IMG/VR virus record: IMGVR_UViG_3300010163_000006
Location: 91,672-155,671 of that record
Length of the DNA: 64,000 nucleotides
Direction: 5' to 3' (one strand)
Source: a virus
Lineage: Duplodnaviria; Caudoviricetes
Shown here: piece by piece, positions 18,500-29,800 of the stretch
Layout of the letters: every line of letters begins with the position of its first letter
Numbering within the stretch: position 1 is the first letter of the stretch
Translations under genes and position numbers: made by a program
The notes under the pieces: generated by a model
The model's database searches: none
What the model was told of the DNA's origin: nothing
The model's input: the letters and a program-made list of their open reading frames with translations, nothing else

Positions 18500-19290
18500 T
18501 GCCAAACGATGTTAAATCATTACTCGATTCGATTATCGATGATACTGACAACTCATATCCCAAGGGTAAAGGTGGTCATACATCCATCGGTCCCGTTGGT
18601 TCACATAGCCATCCGCAGACATTCGATTCGGGTAAGTTCCGCGAGAAGCTGAGCCTTTATGTTCTTCATGATCTCGTTGTTGCAATGATGCATGATGAGA
18701 CTAAAGATCTGGATGATATGATCGATCATTCTATAATGAGACATATAAATCAAGAGTATAACGGCTCTTGTTATGGATACCTGTGTGGTGCACGTGATCG
18801 TCTGAAGTCGCCCCTGTTCAGCGACATTATCCAAGAGATTGATGATAAGACCGATAAGGTTAAAGACGAAATCAAGGAAACGAAGGATGATGAAGAGGCG
18901 CTTAACGGCGAGATTAATATCCAGGACATCTTGAAAAATGTTACCGACTATGAAGAGTTCAGAGATAAGCTCAAGGAAGTTGTTTCGAACAAGGTTGTTG
19001 ATGATGTTGCGGGAGTAATCACAAAGAGAAATGATGCTCCTACATTTGATGACCTTGACGAAGTAATGGTAAAAAAAGATGCCGATAAGGTCAAGGAAGA
19101 AGATACTACACAGGAATCCGTTATATTAAGACTCTGTGGCGCCATCGTAACAGAATCGGCTATTAACAATGAACCAATTTCTACCGAACAGGGTTTAAAT
19201 ATGGCAATCGTTGAATATTGTCTGAACCAGATGGATTTCTTATGTAAGGCAATACCAAAAAAATCGATGTACGACAGGTACCGTATCTGA
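18499..19290 (+). CDS. Hypothetical (putative virion) protein
   Basis: Translationally coupled (TAATG) to the upstream gene; TQESV motif. Confidence 0.7.
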   Translation: MPNDVKSLLDSIIDDTDNSYPKGKGGHTSIGPVGSHSHPQTFDSGKFREKLSLYVLHDLVVAMMHDETKDLDDMIDHSIMRHINQEYNGSCYGYLCGARDRLKSPLFSDIIQEIDDKTDKVKDEIKETKDDEEALNGEINIQDILKNVTDYEEFRDKLKEVVSNKVVDDVAGVITKRNDAPTFDDLDEVMVKKDADKVKEEDTTQESVILRLCGAIVTESAINNEPISTEQGLNMAIVEYCLNQMDFLCKAIPKKSMYDRYRI

Positions 19291-19311
19291 TTAAAGAAGA
19301 AAAATATAATT

Positions 19312-19334
19312 GTCGGGGGCGCGAGGCCCCCGAT
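19312..19334. terminator. Bidirectional terminator
   Basis: tcgggggc-gcgag-gcccccga between convergent genes. Confidence 0.7.
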
Positions 19335-19337
19335 ATA

Positions 19338-19733
19338 CTAACTTTCTTTTGTTTCTTTGTCGGATTGTTTATTTGCTGTAGATTCGATTACTTTGTCAAG
19401 CTTCGAATCTATTGTCGACAGGTTGAGCTTGTTGATTCGATCTGTCAACTCATTAACTCGATACATCAGCGCGGCTGTTGTTTCATCCGTGAGCTGCTTA
19501 GCTCTTTTGTACTCTCGTTTCCAGATATATGATTCAAGAGCACTGACACCCGTACCAAGCAGTGTTAACACCTCTAAGCTTGTGAGCTCAATTCGCTGCA
19601 TCTTCAATGCCTTTTGTATTGCTGAAATCTTGCGGTACGTCATCATATGAGCACTGGCTCCAAGCGCCGATGTGGCAAGCGTGTAAATACCCACAATAGT
19701 AACATCAATCATTGTTATCTTCAACCTCCTCAA
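19338..19733 (-). CDS. Hypothetical membrane/coiled-coil protein
   Basis: ORF with hydrophobic segments; true start may be the internal MIDV. Confidence 0.6.
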   Translation of the reverse strand: MRRLKITMIDVTIVGIYTLATSALGASAHMMTYRKISAIQKALKMQRIELTSLEVLTLLGTGVSALESYIWKREYKRAKQLTDETTAALMYRVNELTDRINKLNLSTIDSKLDKVIESTANKQSDKETKES

Positions 19734-20046
19734 AGTTGTTAAACAAGTCCCCGCCTGTCTTCACCGACGGTTCCTCAGGAATTTTCTCCGGCAGGTCTGT
19801 GATGTACTTATGCATCTCTTCCAGCTGCATCGACAGGTCTTTGACCGACTTATCATATACGCTTCTAATGGACGACGTGTGCTTTTTAGCGACGAGTACC
19901 GATGCAGCCAATGTCGCAACAATACCACCGCCACCAATGACGGCGTTACGCTTTGCTTTTCTTTTGTACTCTTCCGCTTTCTTCGCGTTCTCGTTTGCGT
20001 GGATAACATTTGACGCGGTTTTTTTCATTTTTTCCCATGTAGTCAT
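19705..20046 (-). CDS. Hypothetical single-TM protein
   Basis: AGGAGGT RBS; promoter copy at 20097-20126. Confidence 0.7.
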   Translation of the reverse strand: MTTWEKMKKTASNVIHANENAKKAEEYKRKAKRNAVIGGGGIVATLAASVLVAKKHTSSIRSVYDKSVKDLSMQLEEMHKYITDLPEKIPEEPSVKTGGDLFNNFEEVEDNND

Positions 20047-20166
20047 AGATATGACCTCCTATAAATAATTCAAAGAGTCAATTCCCTTTGTTCATAAAAA
20101 TAATATATATTTCTTTTAAAATAATATTAGATATATATTTTATTAGTGTGAAAGGAGGAATGGTAT

Positions 20167-20769
20167 ATGGGAAATATATCATTGGAAGATGCCAAAGCAA
20201 TGGTATCCGATGAATCAATTACAAAGCTCAAGAGTATGGTAGACCCAAGACCGATCATCAATACTGATGCGAAAGTCAACAATGATATTATCATGGCTGC
20301 GTTATGTGATGCAGTGACAAAGGGCGTCATAAAGATGACATCATTGAATGACCGTCTCGTAAAACTACTTAACTCTGGAACGAACACTTTGTCTGCTGTT
20401 AAGGTTGGGAATATATTAACGCATTTACGACAGTACCAACCAAACATGTGTTGTGTGGTATCGCTTAAAACAGCAGACATGACCAATGTCGTATCCGAGT
20501 GGGTTTTTACAGGACCTACGGTGTACTTCAATAAGATATTCGAATTCGTCATTGAGTATTTTAAGATTACACCAACGCTCATCAGAAGCAAAATGACGGA
20601 GTTTCTCAAGACAACTATTGTGAACAATGTTGCTCAGCTGGTTGCGAAGTACAATAGCCTTGAGAATGAGGAAGAGAAAAAGAAATTGACGATATCAATA
20701 TCGACAGTAACCAGACTGGTTAACATGTCAGGGCATATTCTGTTAGCGGAATTCAAAGAGATTGTATAA
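20167..20769 (+). CDS. Hypothetical protein
   Basis: AAAGGAGG RBS; terminator at 20774-20794. Confidence 0.7.
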   Translation: MGNISLEDAKAMVSDESITKLKSMVDPRPIINTDAKVNNDIIMAALCDAVTKGVIKMTSLNDRLVKLLNSGTNTLSAVKVGNILTHLRQYQPNMCCVVSLKTADMTNVVSEWVFTGPTVYFNKIFEFVIEYFKITPTLIRSKMTEFLKTTIVNNVAQLVAKYNSLENEEEKKKLTISISTVTRLVNMSGHILLAEFKEIV

Positions 20770-20802
20770 TAAGCGCGGGGGATAATCCCCCGCGATATTT
20801 TT

Positions 20803-21072
20803 TTACTTCCTGGCTTCGATAAGTATTTTACGTAGCTTTTCAACGAATTCGTTGAGTTGATGAATCTCATACTTCGTCAAATCCGTTAACTGTTCCGATG
20901 TTAATTCAACACCGGTATGTTCTTTGATGGTCCTGAATAACAGTTCTACCCTGAAAGGTATCGGATCCTTAGCAGGATTGTAGATCACTGGGTTGTATTC
21001 TTCGAGTCGATTAGTTATATCACTAAGACACACGAACCTATCAAAGTTAGCTCTCTTGAACATCTTTATCAC
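20803..21072 (-). CDS. Hypothetical protein
   Basis: 89 aa ORF ending at a bidirectional terminator. Confidence 0.6.
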   Translation of the reverse strand: MIKMFKRANFDRFVCLSDITNRLEEYNPVIYNPAKDPIPFRVELLFRTIKEHTGVELTSEQLTDLTKYEIHQLNEFVEKLRKILIEARK

Positions 21073-21199
21073 CTACTTGGACTGATTTGTAATTGTCAAC
21101 ATCTGATTCATCTTCAGATTTCTTTCGACAATCACAAGATTCACCAGGGTCTAAATTTGCCTTGCAATAAGGACATGTCCAATAATATGTTTCACTCAT
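21047..21199 (-). CDS. Small zinc-binding protein (50 aa; not in the ORF track)
   Basis: AGAGGTG RBS; MSETYYWTCPYCKANLDPGESCDC..., a CxxC-LDPGE-CDC pattern familiar from Firmicute phages. Confidence 0.7.
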   Translation of the reverse strand: MSETYYWTCPYCKANLDPGESCDCRKKSEDESDVDNYKSVQVGDKDVQES

Positions 21200-21255
21200 T
21201 TAATCACCTCTTTCTTGATAGTTGATAAATCTTACAAAAAAAAGGAGAATGTACC

Positions 21256-24200
21256 ATGTTTTACCAAGAAGCTGCAGTAGATCTTTCACGCGGTACGAAT
21301 TTCTTACCTCAAAGGACGAGATACCGTTTACCGATGCAGAAGGCTGATACTTCGATATATTTGTTGTCAAACTCATTCGAATATGATATCGAAATGATAA
21401 AAAATATGCCAACCCCTAAATTGGATTATAAGAATATTATAATTCCGTATCGTGTAATGGATAAGATCGGTGTTAAACCATTTCGATACAATAGTTCCAT
21501 GAACGACTTCAATCGCAAAGTTTCTTATATTCTCAAAAAGAAACTTATGCCGAATGTTAATCCATTGAGATTCCCTTATCCGAAAACAATCAAGGATAAT
21601 CTTTACATATCAATGTCAGAGATTATCCCGATGGTCACACCATTCATGAGAACGTTTTCGAAACAATACATCCAAGAACACATCTTTGATTTGTTTAACA
21701 AAGTGATGGGCTTCTTTAATTTTTCAAAAAATAAGATTCTCATTATCGACATCCGGCATTACAAGATCTATCAAACATTAACTCTCGATACTTTCATGTC
21801 AGACCTGATAAATGCATTATTGACTGCATATATCATGAATGATCCCGCTAAGATCAAGAAGCTTGATTATGTAATAATCTTTAGAGCCCCTGATGCTGAT
21901 TACAAGTTTGATTTATCGTTGTTCGAGAAACGCGATGTTCAACGGATGAAAGCTATGTTACGAAAAATAGGAGTACCTTCTGAAATGACTGCAACTACAT
22001 CCGAAGAAGCGGGTGAAAGTTTTGATTCATTTACGAAGAACTCCGAACCAGAATTACCGGATCTTGCTAATATTAATGACGATGCTGATGATTCGGAAGA
22101 TAAACCTGAGGTAGACGAAGAGGTTAAAAACCTTCAAAAAGTGAATAACAATGAGACTAAATCAATCAAAGACACGATCAGTCAATTGTCTACTCAGTAT
22201 GGTAAGGTAAAAAACGATGACAAAGCACCTGATGAAAATCGGGAATTATATAATGTCAAAACAATGGATATCAACGCCCAGTTGATAAAACGGATTAATC
22301 CTGCAACCGAAGTTGTTTCGAATTATAAGAAACTCTCTGATTCAATGGTTGCTGGTGGTTCTAATACCGTTGAAAAAGACATAATGAAAGATGCTGCAAA
22401 GACGATGTCTTCGGAAGTTGAACCGTCGAATGTAAAAACTGTTATGAATGCAACATCATCAGCACGAGAGCGTGAGATACGAGAAAAACTTGGTCAGGTC
22501 AAATTGAACAATGTAACATTCAACACATTGACATCAATTACAGATGTTCCTAAACCTAAGCCGGTCAGACCAAGAAATCTCACAACCACAAATCCAGGAG
22601 CTCTTCATGGTTCATCGTTTGCACACATTGCAGAAGAGTACGAAGACAAACTACTCGACAGAGACATAGTTGCAACATTCATGAATTTCTCCAAACTTCC
22701 GGATGGTTTCTATGTTACCAACGTTGAAGTGACAGACATTTCAACGGTAACAAGTTTGATGAATAACTGGAAGGTTACACTTAAAAACAAAGAATCTGAT
22801 CGTCAATCAATTATAAACATCAGAGTCCCCCGAGTTATCAATGGTCGATTCTATAACAACGGTGTTTGGTACAACATCGGAAAACAAGACTTCCCAATAC
22901 CGATTCTGAAAATCAACAAGAAAACTGTTATGTTGACAAGTAACTATAACAAAATTACCTGCACAAGATACGACACAAGATCGCTTGTTGACCTTGGTAT
23001 GTTGGTTAAAGTAATCGATAAATTGACTGATGATAATGGAAAAAATAAATATGTAAGAGTTGGTAATTCTTCCAATACCAATTCCCGATATGTATCGACA
23101 ATTGAGTACGATGAGTATGCAAGGAAGTGGGTTCATTTCATTAACAAGGAAGCTAATTTACAAATATATTTTAACCGTTCACAATGTGACAAGGCATATT
23201 CGTTTGTTACTGTACAACCAAATGAGTTCTGTTGTGGAATGATAAATCAAGTTCCTATTATCCTGAATACCGATACTGGATTAACAAGAGACGGTAACAC
23301 TATAACGGATACCATATTAAAGACCTTACCGGAAGACATAAGGAATGCATATCGTAAACAGAAACCAGGTAAGATGTCAATGTATTCTGAAATCACTATA
23401 GGAGTTACAATTCCCCTTGGAGTTGCTATTGCTGCATGGGAAGGAATGGGTTCTTTATTAAAGAAGAGCGGTGCAAAATATCAGTATGTTGATAAGAACT
23501 TTGATGACATACGATACTTCGTTATGCCATTTAAAGATAAGAATCTTGCGATCGAAAGCTCCGTTGCGAACCAGTTGATCTTCAACGGTTTCTATCGAAT
23601 TAATACGAAATCATACATGGCATCGGAATTCGAAACACCGATTATGAATTCAAATTCGATCTATGTTGATATATTCAACCAGTTATTCTTCAAGCAATAT
23701 TCACAGCTTACAACGTTTATCACATATTATAATTTCTTCGTTGATGCAATAACGGCGGATGTATGTGATCACTATCATATTCCAAATGACATTGCCGGAA
23801 TGTTGATATATGCCTCTAATCTGTTGGCTGATAACAATCATACTTCAGAAAACAATGCTGCATTGTACAGACTACGCTCATCGGAAATTATTCCGGCCAT
23901 CATACATTACAGATTAGCGTTTGCAATATCAAAATACAACAATAGTGTCGGATCCAAAACAAGAGGGCATTCAATCGCATTCAACCCGAATGAAGTAATG
24001 AATGAATTGTTAGCGGTTAATAATGTAGAGCCGATGTCTTCATTAAATCCTATAAATGAATTACATGCCAGAGAGAATGTAACAAAGAAAGGCTTCAAGG
24101 GAGTTAACTCAGATCGTTCATACACACAGGACAAACGTACCTATGAGGATTCCATGATTGGAAAGATGGCATTATCATCTCCTAATAATGGAACCGTAGG

Positions 24201-25527
24201 CGTTACACGTCAGCTCGTTGCGGATCCAAAGATTGAATCTGTTCGTGGTTATACATCAACAGATGGCCCTGAATCCGATTTCAATGATCTCCAATTGGCA
24301 TCTTTCTCGGAATTACTCACACCGGGAACAGTCACCAGAGACGATGCTATCCGAACTGCAATCGCAACATCCCAAACATCGCACATCGTATCAACCGAAG
24401 GCGCTCAACCAGTATTGGTATCCAATGGTGTTGATGAGATTGTTCCTGCGTATTTGACGGAGGAATTTTCGTATGTTGCGAGAGAAGATGGTGAAGTAAT
24501 CGACATGAATGAGGATTACATCATTATCCAATACAAGAGTGGAAAAAAGAAAGCGATTAATATCAATCACAAACAATCATTCAATTCTGGCTCAGGTTTC
24601 TTCGTTGATAACAAACTCACATCTAATGTTGAGATGGGTGACAAGTTCAAAGAAGGAGATATCCTTGCATATCATGAGAAGTATTTCTCAAAGGATTGTG
24701 ATGGTATTGTCAGAATGAACATAGGACCTCTTGCAAAGGTTGCATTCGCTGGATTGTATTCAACATATGAAGATGCTGGTCTTATCACAACCAAGATGTC
24801 TAAGAAACTTGGCACAAAGTATTCAATGAAACAACAAATCAAAATCAATGCAATGGATGATGTAGAAAGTATCGTCAAGATTGGTGATGAGGTTGAGGTC
24901 GGTGACCCATTAGTTGTATTCGGCATGGGTGGTACAGGAGATAAGGCAGTAGACAATTTCCTTAAATCATTTGGTAAGGATTCATCTGATGATGTCTTAA
25001 ACAAAGCAAAGAGGGTAATTAAAGCCAAGAATGCAGGAACTGTTGTTGACGTCAAAATGTATACGACCAAGAGTATGGATAAACTGTCACCATCATTATT
25101 CGATATCTTTGATAAGTATTTCAAAGATAACGTTAAACGTCGTAAAATATTGGACAAACATGACAAAACTAATTCCGTGTATAAAATGGATACGTTGTAT
25201 TCATTACCAACAGAACCTCTCAAGGGTACAACGATCAAGGGTATAACATGTGATGTGTTGGTTGAGATATTCATCGAACATGGTGATGAAGCATCTATTG
25301 GTGACAAGCTGGCCATCTATGGTGCATCAAAACAGGTTCTTTCGGAAGTAATACCTGAAGGACTGGAACCGTACTCCGAAACACGACCCGAAGAAGAAGT
25401 AAGTATCTTCGTTGCTCCGAGCTGTATCTTGAAGAGAATGATCCCATCACTCATTATCACTGCCTCGGCGAACAAAGTACTTGTCGAGCTAAAACGCAAA
25501 GTGAAGGAACTGTGGGAACAAGGATAA
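21256..25527 (+). CDS. Phage RNA polymerase beta subunit, probably virion-packaged
   Basis: SSPNNGTVGVTRQL, DDAIRTAIATSQ, STYEDAGLIT, IGDKLAIYGASKQV and PSCILKRM correspond to conserved beta regions. Confidence 0.85.
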   Translation: MFYQEAAVDLSRGTNFLPQRTRYRLPMQKADTSIYLLSNSFEYDIEMIKNMPTPKLDYKNIIIPYRVMDKIGVKPFRYNSSMNDFNRKVSYILKKKLMPNVNPLRFPYPKTIKDNLYISMSEIIPMVTPFMRTFSKQYIQEHIFDLFNKVMGFFNFSKNKILIIDIRHYKIYQTLTLDTFMSDLINALLTAYIMNDPAKIKKLDYVIIFRAPDADYKFDLSLFEKRDVQRMKAMLRKIGVPSEMTATTSEEAGESFDSFTKNSEPELPDLANINDDADDSEDKPEVDEEVKNLQKVNNNETKSIKDTISQLSTQYGKVKNDDKAPDENRELYNVKTMDINAQLIKRINPATEVVSNYKKLSDSMVAGGSNTVEKDIMKDAAKTMSSEVEPSNVKTVMNATSSAREREIREKLGQVKLNNVTFNTLTSITDVPKPKPVRPRNLTTTNPGALHGSSFAHIAEEYEDKLLDRDIVATFMNFSKLPDGFYVTNVEVTDISTVTSLMNNWKVTLKNKESDRQSIINIRVPRVINGRFYNNGVWYNIGKQDFPIPILKINKKTVMLTSNYNKITCTRYDTRSLVDLGMLVKVIDKLTDDNGKNKYVRVGNSSNTNSRYVSTIEYDEYARKWVHFINKEANLQIYFNRSQCDKAYSFVTVQPNEFCCGMINQVPIILNTDTGLTRDGNTITDTILKTLPEDIRNAYRKQKPGKMSMYSEITIGVTIPLGVAIAAWEGMGSLLKKSGAKYQYVDKNFDDIRYFVMPFKDKNLAIESSVANQLIFNGFYRINTKSYMASEFETPIMNSNSIYVDIFNQLFFKQYSQLTTFITYYNFFVDAITADVCDHYHIPNDIAGMLIYASNLLADNNHTSENNAALYRLRSSEIIPAIIHYRLAFAISKYNNSVGSKTRGHSIAFNPNEVMNELLAVNNVEPMSSLNPINELHARENVTKKGFKGVNSDRSYTQDKRTYEDSMIGKMALSSPNNGTVGVTRQLVADPKIESVRGYTSTDGPESDFNDLQLASFSELLTPGTVTRDDAIRTAIATSQTSHIVSTEGAQPVLVSNGVDEIVPAYLTEEFSYVAREDGEVIDMNEDYIIIQYKSGKKKAININHKQSFNSGSGFFVDNKLTSNVEMGDKFKEGDILAYHEKYFSKDCDGIVRMNIGPLAKVAFAGLYSTYEDAGLITTKMSKKLGTKYSMKQQIKINAMDDVESIVKIGDEVEVGDPLVVFGMGGTGDKAVDNFLKSFGKDSSDDVLNKAKRVIKAKNAGTVVDVKMYTTKSMDKLSPSLFDIFDKYFKDNVKRRKILDKHDKTNSVYKMDTLYSLPTEPLKGTTIKGITCDVLVEIFIEHGDEASIGDKLAIYGASKQVLSEVIPEGLEPYSETRPEEEVSIFVAPSCILKRMIPSLIITASANKVLVELKRKVKELWEQG

Positions 25528-25728
25528 TAGGTGGTACAACATAGAAAAAATAAAACGTATCACTATACTTTAATTCTTCCAGGAATAGTTTCTAATGGAT
25601 TATCCACCTCAATCTGTTAAGAAACACCCTCTCTAACGAAATGAAATTGAAGAAAAATGGATGTCTGGGCGGTCAAAACCCAACATCAACCTACCAGGAA
25701 TTGGTTTTTGTCTGGAAGAAGAAATTAA

Positions 25729-25753
25729 ACACCGGGGCATATTGCCCCGGTGT
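25729..25753. terminator. Bidirectional terminator
   Basis: acaccggggca-tat-tgccccggtgt. Confidence 0.7.
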
Positions 25754-25776
25754 TATGTTATTTTTTTGCTTATTCA

Positions 25777-26679
25777 TCATTCATCGAGAGATTCTATAAT
25801 GGCTTCGACAGCGTCATCGCCATATTTCTCTCTCATTTTGTCGAGACGCTTCTTGCATCTTTTTATACTTCGTGAATATATACGATAAATCCGCGTCAAT
25901 TCCTTAGGTTTATTTCGGAGGATTTCCCTCCATACGTTTTCCGTAGCTTTTCTTGTTTGCTCTTCAGCAAGTTTCTCTTCGGCGACATTTTCAATGTTGA
26001 CTACGTCTATGGCTTCGTGTACCATACTTGTTAAGAAAGGAGCAAATATGTTCACCCATTTAGTGGCAGCATAAGAAGGGAATAACTCTTTTGCTCTTCC
26101 TTCCATTAAATTTATTTGTTCTCTGATGTCTTTTAACAAATTCTGTGTGGAATCAAACATGAAATCTTTTAGTGATTGGTCCTTCAGGAAGTTACACTTT
26201 GTTCTTATGGACGCACAGTCGTCCATAAAGGCTTTAATCGAACCAGGCATTTCATTAGACTTATAGGCATCACGATACTTTTCGAAGAGTTCGTTAAGTA
26301 TATCTAATAATATGCGTACAGTCATGAAATCATTGGTGTACACAGGAGCCAAGATAGAAATGATTCTGGCCCCTTCTTCACCAATTTTAATTGCTTCATT
26401 GATGGAGGTTTGTGTGAATGGACCTATTCTTTTCATGTAGCACAATGCGAAGTCACCGAGAAATCTCTTTGATGTATCACATATGTCGATATCATCGACC
26501 TTGATGTAATCCTGAAGAGGATTGTTCAACAAACCGGATTTGTTGAATAGGTCCTCTGCGGATGATGAAACGCATATGAACATGTTTAAATATCCTTCAG
26601 GGGATATTGTAAATACGGAATTGATTCCGTAGGGAGGCATAGCCAGCATGGGAAGCATGTTGAAAAATGTATCTTTCAT
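25777..26679 (-). CDS. Hypothetical protein
   Basis: Start MKDTFF behind GGAAAGGA; promoter copy at 26726-26756. Confidence 0.7.
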   Translation of the reverse strand: MKDTFFNMLPMLAMPPYGINSVFTISPEGYLNMFICVSSSAEDLFNKSGLLNNPLQDYIKVDDIDICDTSKRFLGDFALCYMKRIGPFTQTSINEAIKIGEEGARIISILAPVYTNDFMTVRILLDILNELFEKYRDAYKSNEMPGSIKAFMDDCASIRTKCNFLKDQSLKDFMFDSTQNLLKDIREQINLMEGRAKELFPSYAATKWVNIFAPFLTSMVHEAIDVVNIENVAEEKLAEEQTRKATENVWREILRNKPKELTRIYRIYSRSIKRCKKRLDKMREKYGDDAVEAIIESLDE

Positions 26680-26814
26680 TTTTAAATTTCCTTTCCGGAC
26701 AATGGGATTTTGTTTTTGTCCATATAAATAATATATATTTACAGAATGAGAATAATCAAAAACGCCAAGGTAAGCTTCTATTAATTTGAAATATAAAGAA
26801 AGGAATGATGTTTT

Positions 26815-29800
26815 GTGATTATGAATTACAATAAATGGTTCTATAATCAACATAAGTATCTGAAAAACATCCGCGATAACTCTGAGGGTTTTAATGATAC
26901 TAAGTGGGTTACTATCAACAAGCGTTACCAAATACTTGACGATATGAAATCCGAATTGCTTTCACAAGGACTATTGGTTCATGGTAACAATACTGGATTT
27001 GATAAACTTATTGATTTGATGGGTAGATCTAATTATACATTCGAAGATATCAATGATTCTTTAATTGATACATACAGGGTTTCATTGCATTTTGCAATGA
27101 GTAGAAACCTTGTTAATACTCATGCGGTTATGTTTCATTGTACCAATATGGATACCAAGAATGTTACTGCGGAGAAGTTCACTCATTACAGAATAATTGA
27201 TGCGCCTTTTAATCAATTACACTTTGGACACCGTGATGAGTTCATACGTCAAAAGCTCCAGGAAATGCATAATATCAGTAATGGTAATTATGTTGATATG
27301 CCCCGATTTAATTCCACTCAATTCACCAAGATCCTTGATTTCTCAATCATATGCACAGTCAATGGTTATTTTTGTAACGATTGTAAAGTTGCTATTGATG
27401 ATAAAGGTTTTAAATTCAAAGTAGGATGGCCTTATGCTTCGGATGTTGATTTCATTGTATACAAATTGGATCATGGTAGAATGATTTCCAATAACATATC
27501 ACCAGATTATGTTAAGAAGGGATTGATTCCTTATGACGTACTTGGTGGTGTTGGTAAAGAGATGCTCGGATTAAAATGCATCATAAATGTGTTTGATCCT
27601 TTGTTTATCAAGACAACTTCATCTGTTCCTAACTTCGGTATATTCACCGAAAAGGGATTGGAGATAAGGAACTTACAAAGAGCCACATCTGATATGATTG
27701 ATAGATTGTCGTCATCAAATGTGACCGTTGATGTATATGCCTTGAAATTCTTTCATGAAATACCCAACTTGTATCCCGCTATCAATTATTACGATATAAT
27801 GGATACAAGGAATGTGTATGACGAAAAGAGCGAAAGCATTAAAACAACCGAGGGACATAACGTTGTCGCAACACCATCGAAGAACATAAACAAACTTGAA
27901 GTATGTACACCACCGATATGTCTTGATCGAGATGTATCATATTCATTTGATATCATCACAAGGTGTTTATCCATGTATGATGACATGATGTCATATGAAA
28001 GTGATTTAATCCGTGTTGGACAAGAATTGCTATATGGCAACCAAGATTCCTTCATGGATACATTCAAACCTATATTGCAGAAAATCTATTCTGGATTGTT
28101 GTCAATGTATAAGATCTATGAACAAGGAAGCATCATAACTTCATTGATTGAACCAGAACAACTTGGGCTGTTCTCCGACCTTTTGTCAAAAGTCCATAAG
28201 ATTTCAAACATGACAGACTTCCGTCATTCTCAGAATTATTCCTTCGATGAATTATACGGAGAAAATTATAGAAACACGGTTAAGACTATAACAGACCCAT
28301 TCAGGAATACAGCATTACTACCATTCGCATGCATGAAATCAATCAAGAACAATTTCTTTGTTGATAACAACACAACTCGATTCAATCGACCAATATCGGA
28401 GCAGTGTTTCATTGCACTCCGATACCATACAAATGATGGTTGTTGGTTGTTTGATTATCCGGACATCAAACATTTCCATGGGATCGGAAACACATTCTAT
28501 GTCGATTCGAATCTCAAGGGTGATGAGATATTCAAGTTCTTTGTTCTTTACAGTGATACCGAAGCTCCTGATGAAAAGGATATTGAACATATGGATCTTA
28601 ATACCGTATTGGATTTTGATTTGTTTTCTAAGGAAATAGAGAAACATATCGGGATGATTCGTTACTGGGATGCGGAATGTCGGTTGATGAAGTTATCAAA
28701 AATCATGTATAAGAAATACAATGATGAGACATGTGTTCAAGTATTATCAAAGATTCTTAAACGGAAAATATCCGGAGATAACATTCTCAAATTATATCCT
28801 TCTGATATAAACTATGAAGAATCAAATGTCTCTTCAGATAGTTGGGAATCTTATGATGAAAACACTGAACGAGGTCCTTTCTCAATAAATTTCCTGTTTT
28901 ATACCCTCTCTTTATTGAATAATAATGAGGATAAACTCCAATCGTATTTCTATAGATATCTTACTCATAATAAGTATCATAATAGATATACTGATATTGA
29001 TATCTCGTCCATCATTGACAATGAGAGATATCCCATCAGTTATTCTCAATACACAATATCTCCATCAAGAATCCCCGACAGTTGTGCGAAACCGGATGTA
29101 AAGATATTCGCATATTATGGATTACCATTGATATTGGATTCAAAAGGAAGTAATCTGTATGAACCGTACCGATATGTCTTGAACGTTTATGATCCAGATA
29201 CTAAGTATCCCATGATATCCGAAAACGATATTGATGGGTCTTTCTATGTTCAATATGACAATATCACAGATTATGCTGGACGGGTTGTTTCTTATCATAA
29301 CAATATTCAAATCGGACATCTGATGACATTATACCTGACAGATCTTTACAACTACATTTCTGAATTACAGACAAATTACAAAACAACATTCAACCAGTCA
29401 ACCGTGATTGAGTCTGCTATAAACACAATGAACGAACGAATTTCAACCATCAGAACACATATACTTGATAACGGACTTGATGATATTGATGGGGTTTCAT
29501 CTTTTGGTAATGCTGTTGATATCGTTATCAATGATAATGAATTTATTCGTAAATTGAATGAAATGAAATCATTGATTGATTCAATCGATGTAATCAGGTA
29601 TAACAATACAAATTCATCAATTCGCGTGTTCATAAATACGCATGTACTTGGTACGTTAAAACGTGCGTACGTTAATTTTGGTTTCAATAACAATATTAAC
29701 AAACGTGCACGTATGCTGTACATACACCTGAAGAAGATCAATGAACCAATGAATGCATACACATTCAAGAAATGGTTAACTGATATAGATCTTCATACAT

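Noticed and set aside
24672-25316. Long antisense ORFs (e.g. 24672..25316, 36046..36639, 44426..44983)
   Set aside because: They lie wholly opposite well-supported genes and lack RBS; shadow ORFs
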